Shown here: positions 43,201 through 55,200 of the stretch, piece by piece
Layout: every line of letters begins with the position of its first letter
How positions within the stretch are numbered: the stretch's first letter is position 1
From: Bugula neritina
Taxonomy: Eukaryota > Animalia > Bryozoa
Length of the DNA stretch: 64,000 nucleotides
Direction of reading: 5' to 3'
Assembly: GCA_964035545.1 (NCBI GenBank)
Contig: OZ037770.1
Coordinates: forward strand, 9,926,973 to 9,990,972
Position numbers and translations under genes: made by a program
Notes under the pieces: generated by a model
What the model saw: only the letters and a program-made list of their open reading frames with translations
The model's database searches: none
Told to the model about the DNA's origin: nothing

Positions 43201-46200
43201 AAGCCTTGCTCGGTGAACATAGCATACGAGAGCCTCACTCCCATGTCCCGTCTCAAGTTAGATATACCTCCTAAGGTTGAGGTCACCATAAAGCTGACAA
43301 AAATGGATGTGAAGCTCTCTACTAACCTTATCTACCACACCTACACCGCTCTGGAGTTACTTCAAGGTACTCACCCTTCTATTGCTACTAGAAAGTTCTT
43401 AGTTTTTCTGATGAGTGATCATGAACTTTATTCATTTAAACTCACATTATGTAATACAACATCTTGCATGCTTTATATATGTGCCCATGCCCTAAATGTA
43501 TTTGTTATATCTAGCTTATACTTCTTCGCAGACACTGGGTTTTGATTGAATATTTTTTATTTCTAAGGCTTGTTTCTAGTTTTATTTACTTTAATTCAAT
43601 TTTTTGCTTAGAAAATATAACTTATTGGATGCTATTTAAAAGTTTTCTTCATGTTCGAGTTATTTCTTATTTTCATCCAAGTTTATAGTCTCCATCCCTG
43701 TGAGAAGCCCCTGATGGAAGGGGTTTTTGTTAAATTGGGCTAAGGACTTATTCAAGAGCAATTATGACTGGATACTCTTCCTAACATTACCAATGGTCTT
43801 TGTTCAGGCTCGAACCCATGACCTCGTGTTTACTTAGTCAACGCTCTGACCCCTAGACTACAGCTGCTCCCTGTTTGATTTCTTCCGCATTGTTTTAAAT
43901 AAGTCATTAAAATCGTTTCCCTCGATTTCAGGTACAGATACAACTGATGACACAGCTGCTGCTAATTTCCAAACCAATGAAATGGATTTGAAGGTCATGA
44001 AGGACATCGACAGAGATGATTGGCTGAGACAATACGGTCAGCTTCTATTCTATTTACTGCGTTCCTACATTTACTCTGCTTACCATATCGATAGGTCCCA
44101 ACCCCCTCTATTCATCTTCTCTTCACCCAATGATGGTTTTTTTGTGTTATTCTAGAATCTAGATGTTGGCATGAAATGCATTTCTCACTGTTTGCCAACT
44201 TGTGCATTGCTCAAATTTTTGTTCTGTGCTTGAAATTGACCTTCACCTCTTGAAGCACCTGTCAGATAAAATATTATAGAGGTTTTACTTTCTTCTCTGC
44301 TTGGTGCTTAGCTTATGTTCAACCAAGTTGATTTTATTGCCGTGGAATGTTTTACCTAACCCATAATTCACCTGCGGCTATCGAGTTTTCTTATTTTCAT
44401 TCTCCGAGTTGAAGTGCTTTAACTCGATCTTTTCACTTAGAGTTAGTCCAACACTGTATTTACCTAATTATTATCATCTACCATCATCTATTCTGCTCAG
44501 TGTCTTTCTCCATGGTTCGATTTTTTCAATTTTGCAACTTTTATAAATTATTTCAGTTGTAAACTCAACTTCTTCATCTGGTTGTTTTAGTTATTTATCC
44601 GCATAAGCTATGTTATTGGGAACAGCTGTATTTTCTAAAGACGCAGATATTTTTTCTCTAAGTTTAGCGTTTGATCCTACCGGTTATTTAACCTGCACAT
44701 GTTTTATTTTTAGGATGTCAGTTTCACCAGAGTCTCAATACGTCTGCATGTAAATTGTGCATTTAAGTAGTCATCGCATTTGTGTGTGAAGCGGTAAATG
44801 TTGCGTCATGTCTCCAGAGTATTGCATATACTTTGTTGTTCTTGATATACGTACCTTCAGTTTTACGTACATTCTGTTGTATATATAGTTAATTAGTTGC
44901 ATCTATGATGTAAATAAACACCTTGCCAATAATACTTGATGAATAACAATAATACACTACGCATGCAGTGTGTGAAAATTCCATACCTACCTGCAGTGTA
45001 TAGAAACATCATAGCTTAGGAGCACCTGTTTAATGTTGTCAGACTATCCCAGCGTCATTCCTTAACAAGTGTCATCTGTACTATATATAATAGCTAACGC
45101 ATTGGAATTTTCATGTATCGGTTTGTTTGATTTTATATCTGTTTGAAATTTATTTTTAGTGTTTAGATATGGTAAGGCTTTGCTAGCAACTTTAAGGCTT
45201 GCATACATGTTATCATGTCTAGTCTTTATGTTATATTTACTAATATTACTTTCATGGTAGCTATAGGTTTTATCTGAATAGTATTCATCACAAATTTCAG
45301 AAACTTGCTTTTCTCAAATGCTTTAAATCACAATTTTATCCTCTAATATTTCACTTTTTCTCAAACCATTGATTGCTGTCGGGTATTTAATGTTATATTG
45401 ATAAAAAACATCACAGTTACAGCTACTCAAATTAGCTTTATGGAATTTGGTCACTCAAACGCATGTTCAAATATAGAAGGCTCTGCTAGAAATATCAGCT
45501 TGCTTTCCACCCCACATGCTTGTTGTCATGTTACTTTAGCCAGTACAATTTTGCTATTCATCCACAACTCATGTTTTTTGTGATTATTTTGAAAGGCTTT
45601 TTTATATTTAAAAATAAATAAAAAAATTCTGTAGACCAGGCAGATGAGTTCCAGCAGGTGGAGATGAATCCGACTCAAGCTGCTGTCGAGTGTCTGACTG
45701 TGGAAGAGTTTGACCTTGACATTGAGTTCTCTGTTGCTATTGGCGACGAGTTTGTGCCCATACTTCGCACCAAGTCAGACTTGTCTGGTAGCATGAAGGA
45801 CTGGAGTACACGGGTAAGCTGACTTGTAGAGTGTGCTGAGTGGTTGGTGAAGATGTAGTGGCTAACCAGCTGTTTAGGGTTGATTATATATGCAGTCTCT
45901 AACTCCAGGCAAAGCTTTTTATCTCCACTTATGTAATGTGGATTCTTATTTCAAACACATCTGTTGATTGGTATATGGACTTTAGTAAAGCAATTGGTAA
46001 TGCCAAGTTTTGTAGCTCAAACCCTGACAAACTCAGCGCATTTAGAAAATAAATTTTGGATACCTTTAACTTCCTGTTGAAACTCGGTTATTGCTTCAGA
46101 TAAGAGCAGAGTGTTATTTCTCCCTTGAGTCCGTTTACTACAACGAGGTCATAGATGTATGGGAGCCGTTGGTGGAGCCCATGTTTGATAGCAAGACAGG

Positions 46201-49200
46201 AAAATATCGGCGCTGGGAAATCTTAGCTAGAGTAAGTAGATACACACTCTCTCAAAGTTTATTTAACATTTATTTAAATCTGCCACAAACATTTGACTAC
46301 ACAAACTGTCTCCACGTAATTATTTTTTTGAAATATGTTATTTTTTGCAGTACCATAAATTCAGCATCATCTACTTCAGTTGTAGAATTGTCTCGCATAC
46401 ACTTTTGGTCATTTGGTCATTTCATTTTCGCCGAAAGTTCAAGAATGTCAAAACAAATTATATGTTTCGAAGATATAACTATAATCCTATCTGGACTGTG
46501 TATGTTGAAATATCTGGTTAAAGTAGTTAAACCTTTCACTATGACTTGGTGTACACTAAGTTTAGTTACTTTCCTTTCTCCTCTACCAGATCACATCAGC
46601 TCCTAGTCATCCTATCGCTCGGACAGACCCTAGTGAGATTCTTCTAGACTGCCAGGAACTTGACACCTTTATTCACCACCAGATGTCCTCAGTGAAGGAG
46701 CAGCAGAGAGCTAACCTTGTGGTACCACAAAGAGGTGCGGTGTGTCACAGTTTCTAGTGTTGAGACTCTGGTGTTATGAATGAGATCCCCAGACGCACCT
46801 TGTATTTTATACCAAATAATTTACTTTTTGTAAAAGTCGGCTGTAATTTAGTAATTGGTTCAGCATTTATTATTTTGATAAAGTATCGAAAAAATAAGTA
46901 GCTTATGTTGTTAAGTTATGCTTATGAGTTTTGGCTTTAATCTCTGACTGCTAATCTGTTCTAGTCATAAGTAGTTTCGAGAAAATATTTTATTTAAAAT
47001 ACAGGCTTTCTTCAAATCAATTCTACATCATATCACAATTTTAATAGTCAATCAAACCAAAATACATGCATTTAATATAATGTGGTAAGTTGCACGATTT
47101 TGTTATTTTTAAATTGCAGCGAGGAAAAACTAACATCTCTAGTATATGTTTGAATAAGTCTGTAAAAAAATAATTTTTGGAATTATAAACTTGTTAATTT
47201 TTCTATGACACAATCACTTGTACAATCCATTTGGCCTGGTGTTTAGTAGCTGACTGACTGACTGACTGACTGACTGACTGTATGTTGATGTTTCAGTCAG
47301 AGAATATAATACTGCTGTGGAGATTGTAGTTGTGTGTATGTTGATGTTTCAGCTAGAGAATATAACACTGCTGTGGAGATTGATGAGATATCAGGATCTG
47401 ATGTTAGTGATGATAGTGGTGTCAAACCAGCTGGTGTCCGTAAGTGTTCTCATCACTCTGGTATACTCCAGACTCTGAACTTGCTGAAGCATGTCCTCTT
47501 GCTCAAGAAGCTTTATAATTTAATTTACTTTTCATTATTTTTGCTAAATATATGCTTCTTATTTGGTCACAAGTTTTGGCAGTTTTTATCCAATGGTCCA
47601 AGTATATTTGAAATCTCAATCTATAGCGTTTTTAAATTTTAAATTCTAAGTTTTCTCTCAAAATTACCCCTTAGTAATTGTTGGCTGAGCTCGTTCATCA
47701 AAATTACTTGTACTGTGTACTGTTGACCCACCAGGGACTATAATTCTGAGATATAATATTCTGCTTGTCCATACTTGTGTGTGTAACGTTGTTTTCAAGA
47801 TTTATTTTAACTGTCTTTTTTTACTGCTCAATTTTTGCTTTCATTTTCAATACAAACCTGTGGTATAATATGTGTAATTAACATGTTCATTTTTCAAGTT
47901 GAATGAGTGTTTGAAGATGAAATGTTTTGACCTGTTCATGGAAATGTCATTCATAACTAAACTATGATAAAAGTTTCTTTCCTTTATTTCTAGCACCAGC
48001 TGCTGTGACATACCACAAGCCTAGTAGCACTGTAAACATACCCTCTCCCATAATAGAGGAAGACATTGATGAGGAGGTGATAACTCCTACTCGTAAGTTA
48101 ATCTAACATGTTCTGAGAGTCTTGGCCTTGTACAGGTAGGGAATCATATACTGGATACAGTGAAAGCTGCCTGAGATTCAGGTTTCAATTTCTGTATCTT
48201 TGAGATGGGTTTCCTGGCTAGGTTGATGGTTACGGATAACTTACGGAAGTTTATAGTCACTATCCCTTTGAGAACCCCCAATGGAAAAAGTTGTTTAAAG
48301 CGGGCTAAGGACTTAATCATATGTAGCACGGGAGCAATTATGACTGGATGCTCTTCCTAACATCACCAATCGCCTTTGTCCGGGTTCAAACCCATGACTT
48401 CGTGCTTACTAAGCCAACGCCCTAACCCCTATCTGTTCTCTATCATTACAGATAGCTGATGCTGTCTTTTTATTTTCATTCGGCTTTTGAATTATTTTGT
48501 TAATAATATATTGTCACCTTTACACTCACTTATCTTTACACTGAGTCAAGTTCTATGTGCCTATAATGAATAGGCTCACATTTTTCACTCAATACTTTCA
48601 ATAGTAATATTATATTCATTTCCTCTGCATATGTATTCTCATTTGTATTGCCTGTGTTTAGAATCTCTACTGCAGTCTACGGGGCCTCCCACTGCCGTCC
48701 CAACTATCCTGTTTACACAAGCCTCTCGTGCTGACATAGAGTTTGATGTAAGTCTTATCAGGAGTTGTGTTATCCTTCCACCAATATGCATGTTGACTAG
48801 TGAAACACTTTGAAAAGAGAATTATATTTTCCTGATTGAACTTATTTTTATTAAAACCGTATTTTATCAAATTCATGCAATGAAAACATGTTGCTCAACT
48901 AAACTGCTTCGCAGATGCTCAACTGTTCTTTACTATATTTGTTTATTGAAATGCAGCCTAAATTGTGGCATATTTCAGCTTCGGTACTGCCTGTTTATTC
49001 ATTTAGAGTTCTACTTTGTATCAATATAGGGAGATGAAGATCAGGTAAGGCAGTAACAGTCACTTCCATTCTAATCTCCTCACTTAAAGGGGGTATTTCT
49101 GTAGTTTTATCAACTTATACTACCTTTTGTCTGCTTTAATTGTTGGTGTCTTTAGCTCCCTGCATGTACAATATACAGTGTAGTATGTACAGTATACAGT

Positions 49201-52200
49201 GTATCATGTATTATATACAGTATATCATTATTATATACAGTATATCATGTATTATATACAGTGTATCATGTATAATATACAGTGTATTATGTATAATATA
49301 CAGGGTAGCATGTACAGTATACAGTGTATTACGTACAGTATACAGTATATCATGTATTATATACAGTATACCATGTATTATATACAGTATATCATGTATT
49401 ATATACAGTATACCATGTATTATATACAGTATATCATGTATTATATACAGTATACCATGTATTATATACAGTATATCATGTGCAATATACAGTTCATAGT
49501 GTACTTTAGCTTCAGGCGACTTCCTCTAAGTGCCATATGCTGCCTGCCTTGCATCTAAATGTCTTCCTAATTCTTGTTTACTCCACTAAATATATAATAA
49601 TAATAGTGTATTATATAATGTAATATATAACTAAATAACTGTGTTCTCAAATAGTTTTGAAAGTTATACTGCATTCAATTTAAATTTATATGTATTTTAA
49701 CGCAAGCTGGTGACAGTGTTTCAAATAGTATTAACATTCAACATTTGCTCTAATAAATTCATGTGTGAAATACTGTTAAAAATCCATATAGTATGTCCTC
49801 ATGTAATATGGGTGTATGTCTTTTCTAAAGACTTTCTGAAGCTATCAGCTTATAATGATATGGGTCATTTTACTTAATTTAAAATGAATAATTAGGAAAA
49901 AACATGGGAAATCAAGCAAAATTAAAAATAACCTTGATTATTTAGGTGTATTTATTGATATTTTACTAGTTTTGGGCAAAAGCCCTTATTCATTAACAGC
50001 TAAATTGTAAAAATAGCTAAAAACTGGAGATTTCTAGTGTGTACTAAATTAAGTAAAATGACCCACATATTTTTTATGATATAACCTTGTTTATAAATAT
50101 TATAATATAATTATATATATATCAAATTATTGGTATTATTTAATAACTGATAGAATTAGTAATGATTATTTCATAATATTGTTATAAGTTGAATAAATGT
50201 CCTAATTATTGTAATATACTGTATTATAATTGTATTTTTTAAACAGTAGGTTGTTTTCGCATATGGATGCTGGCTAAGCTATTGCATGTAAATTAACATC
50301 AAAAAACTGACTTTGTATACATGGATGGTAGTTTTTATTGGTTACTGAGAAGTTGAAATATATGTAAAGTGTGTATATTGAGCAGTATGGCTGCCTGTAG
50401 GATTATTCATATTTGCCGAGCTTTTACACAATCTACCGGCTGTCTCCTGTTCTTTTGTCTAGGAGGTAGATGCTGTCAACACGACATCCGTATGTCAGTC
50501 TGTGGCAGATCGAGATGAGGAGACAGGAAACACGACCGTAGATGAGAAAGAGGCTGCTCCCGAGGTCATGTGCACTTACCTGTCTCTGGTGTCTAGGGAT
50601 CGTCTCCTCCTAACCGTCTCTCCACAAGGCCTCAATGTTGTCAGCTGTATTGTAGATGTACGTCTGTTTCTCTTTCATTGGATCTTATTTATAACTTTAC
50701 TTTGCATTTCAATACAATATATTAAACTGGTTAATCCTGTATTCCATACATTGACTAGATGGTAGTATACATAGTATACATAGTATACATTGACTGATCA
50801 GGTGTGTCTTTACTTCAATGTACCATTATGGTCTACTGCTTGAACTGTAATTATGGCTCAGTCACGAATTTCAGTTTGTTGTATTTGGTTGCAGATTTGT
50901 TTAATGTCTTATTTGAATTTTCATCATTTTTTGGAAAAATTTTCTCTGCATTGCTAAGTTATCAAGACTTAGTCTAGAAGTTGCTTCCCCCTCCATCTAA
51001 ATTTGCTACCAAGTAATTTTAGTTTGAGAAGTTATCTGCCCAATAGTTACAGTTTTTAATCTAAACTAATAGTTTATAGTTGGGAAGTTACAGCATGCCT
51101 AGGAATAAACAACACCTTAGCACATGTATGCCTTTGTTACAGCTAAAGGTAGTGTCTTCCTTTCCATGCCTTCTAATAAATGTGTATTGGTTTAAATAAA
51201 AATGTAGTAAAACCAGCACAACCACAAATCGTAAGAGTTTTGCAAATCTACATGAAACCTTTTTATTTATTACCCGTGTTTTGCCTAATTTTTGGTCAAT
51301 TTTTTTCCTTCCACAATCTATCTGCATATCTCCGTATTCCTTTGGGTTGCAGACGTTGACTAAAAAGCCTACGGATTCTACTCTGTTTGAAGTTTCCAAG
51401 TCCTATGCCCTCACCATTACCAACCTGCTGGGTATACCAGCCTGCGTGGCTCTGCACACCAACAGCAGACAAAGGGGAAGAGGAACCAAACTGGAAAATG
51501 TCCGTCTCTCTGATAACGTAGAAGTTAGTGAGTCATCTTCTACTGAGCAGCAACAATCTGGGTTAGTTGCTAGGCAACCACATGCTTTCTGTATTAGTCT
51601 CTTTAGTGTATGTCTTCATCACTACTTCCCCATCCTTTGCATTATGCGAATGGATTTTTCATTCGATGCATGGGGACAGCGTCAATCGGACAAAGCCACA
51701 CCCATAAATTAATTCAACTGCAAATCCATCTGTAAGAGCATCCCCCGTGGATTCATTCAAATGATAAGAACATAGCGTATTTGAGTATATACTCATAAGG
51801 TAATAGGTATATAATCATAAGGTATACACTTATGAGTGTATACCTTATGAGTGTGCATTGCCATCCCTTCTGTGTGTTCATAACAAAACACTGTGTGGTA
51901 AACACTGCCGCTGCTGTATAGTTACTTGCAAATCATAAACATTTGTGCTGCCTTCAAACTTCATCTCTCTTTTGAGTGTGTTTTGCGAGTTTGCTTTTGC
52001 ATCTGTACGAGTTAGGCTACAATTCAAGAATTGTCAGCTCATTCTTCAAGAGTTCTTTGATTCTCGGTTCTAGAGTTGTCCGCTTGTTGATTGGTAAATA
52101 TCCACACATAGCCCTGTGCATTGTATGCACACAATGCCATACATGTAGCATACAATGCACCAAACACGTATGATGTGTATGCATATTCCTTGTATAATAG

Positions 52201-55200
52201 TTTTGACTTTAGACATTGAGTGAATAGAGCTAGTTTAAGCCCTTCTGGAGATGTATGTTGCTGTTTCCATTCTTTGTTGAACACTTGGCCGAATGTTGCT
52301 GATAGCGTTTGTGATTATAAGCTATATATAGGCTAAAGAGCTATGTAACTTCCTGTAACGGTTCACAAGTATAAATGAACTAATTAAGTAGGAAAAAATG
52401 TAGGAAATCAAGCAAAATTAAAAAGAATCTCAATTATTTAGTTGTATTTTTTAAATTCTTATTATTTTAGATCAAAAATTCATATACATTAGCCACAAAA
52501 TTGTGAAAAATTGCTAAAAACTGAAGATTTCGAATGTGTATTAAATTAAGTAAAATAACCCATCTATGTTTTACGTATACTGTATAGTGTGTATAATGCA
52601 ACAAATTGTATCTATTTGAACATTAGGGAAACAACTCCCATTATGCTAAACCTTCACCAAATGTACTATTTGGTTTAAGCAACTTTTACATTTTTCTTAG
52701 AGGTGTAACATGTTAGTTAGTTGTACTAAAGAATTGGTATATGCCATCTTCTATTACATTAGCTTGAATACTGTGGCTGAAAGTGATCATCCAGAGTAAG
52801 TGATAATGCTAGCCGCTTTGTCTTCTTGCTTTAAACAATGCTAATTTCACATCACTAGTTCAGTATACTATCTGATCACGTAATTTACTGATTTCTTGTT
52901 CACATGGGCTTTTTTTGGTTAGAATATTTAACTTTTAAAAATTGTCGTAACTAAAAAACTATTACGCAAATTTAATCTGTTCTGCTCGTAAATTGTATCA
53001 ATGAAAAATTATATTCTCAAATTGCTTTCAGCTAGTAAATTCAAGTTCATGATTGAATTAAGCAACTTTGTTAGAAAGACTTGAAATTAATAATGAGATA
53101 TTGTCACCCCAATAAAGTTAGCCTGTGTGAACACACTTTGATTTTGTTTCTGCAACTTTCATCTGTTTCTTTTAGTTTAAATATTTCATTGTGTTTCAGT
53201 ATTATTCTCTTGCTAGTCTTTACTGTATTTCTGATTTCCCATGATCAACAACACATCAGTATGAGTGTTGTATGTTAATGACTGTCATGTGATTCTAACA
53301 GTCACTTTGTAGGATAAAAATAAATTTAGCTATTTTCTATGACTGTATATATTAGCAGAAATCATGAGTAAGTATAACCAGTCTCATACTTTTATTCAAG
53401 ATTCACATACATTGCTGTAAGAAATGAAATTAACAAAAATTAATATCAAGCATTAGAAAATATTTTTTCACCTGCATAATACTTGAATGGAATTATCTCT
53501 TCGCGTAACCGCCAGCTCTTTATTTGAGATTTGCTTTCTTCTGCCAGATTTATGTCTTTATTGTCTTTATTTACTCAACTTAATCGATTGTTACTTTCTG
53601 TTTAGAAAGCATATCGATGTTATACACCATACACTTAATTTTAGTTGTTTGTTCAAACACAAATTTAATAGTTTTTTGAATTAGGTATGCGTGTCTTCAT
53701 TTAAGAGTTTTTTCTCTCGCTTTATGTTTATCCTGCTTGGTCTGGTCACCTATTTTGTCTACATTATATTGTGTCTACATTTTATAGAGAAAACACCGTA
53801 ATGAAGTTAGCTAAGCTCACCTTCCCCACTAGTGATGCAACTAGGAAGGTATTTGGTCTCTCTAGCCCAACCCCTGTGACGTTAAAGAGACAGGCATTGC
53901 ACTTGGCTGTGGATGGTTACATTCCTATTCCAAACATCGTATTCAGGTAATAGTTGGCAGCATTTTCCTACATTTTTCAATTTTGTTGCTGTTTTTTATT
54001 GTTGTCACCTACTTTGTTTTTGTCTGTGCTATTTTACTTTGGCTAATGAATGGGCTGAGAATTGTTCAAAGGTTAATGGTTTTCATGCTAAAAAAGTTTC
54101 ATTGACGAATATGCAATACATTAGAAATTAATTCATAAATCATTTGACTAGTGGTTTTAAAATTTAATAGATAGAAATGTTTTGTGTGAAGTTGACACGC
54201 TAGTTCCTAACCAGCTAGTATTTTGACTTTATATTTACTAAAATAAATCTGCTGATGTTTAATTTATAATAAACTCTATATTTCGGTGAAAGTTTAACTG
54301 ATGCTTGTTCTATGTTTACAGACGAACACAAAGCATGGATTTCACGGCTCGGCCACGGAACCAGCGTGCCGATTCACTGTGTATTCGAGTCAAAACTCAG
54401 ACCAAACACGGCAGGAAACTCGTCTCCATCTACTCGCAACTCAAAATAAGGAATGAATTTTCATGTCCTGTTCAGGTTGGCAGCCTCAGTATAATTCGCT
54501 GTTGTGGCAGGAAGGTTGAAATATGTCATTTCCTGTCAGACTATTGATTACTCTTGATTAGGTGTTTGGTGGAATCTTCAGCTCCGAGCTTGTCGTTGAA
54601 TTTTTTATTACATCAACATTAAAAGATTACTTGAATATTATTTTCAGGATGGCTGCCATGTTGGTGAATCATTCTAAAACCATCGTATACGGAGTACATA
54701 TATATTTGTCATTTGCTGTATAGTTTCAGTTATTTACAGTATAGTCTCAGTTATATACTGTATAGACTCAGTTATCTACTGTATAGTATCAGTTATACGT
54801 CGTATAGTCTCAGTTATTTACAGTATAGTCTCAGTTATCTACTGTTTGGTCTCAGTTATTTACTGTGTAGTCTCAGTTATTTACTGTATAGTCTCAGTTA
54901 TCTACTGTATAGTCTCAGTTATCTACTGTATAGTCTCAGTTATTTACAGTATAGTCTCAGTTATTTACTTTATAGTCTCAGTTATCTACTGTATAGTCTC
55001 AGTTATCTACTGTATAGTCTCAGTTATCTACTGTATAGTCTCAGTTATCTACTGTATAGTCTCAGTTATTTACTGTATAGTCTCAGTTATCTACTGTATA
55101 GTCTCAGTTATTCACTGTATATTCTCAGTTATATACTGTATAGTCTCAGTTATCTACTGTATAGTCTCAGTTATTTACTGTATAGTCTCAGTTATATACT

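Noticed and set aside
49140-49558. Three overlapping Y/I/C-rich ORFs
   Set aside because: Minisatellite translation in all frames; no domain content.
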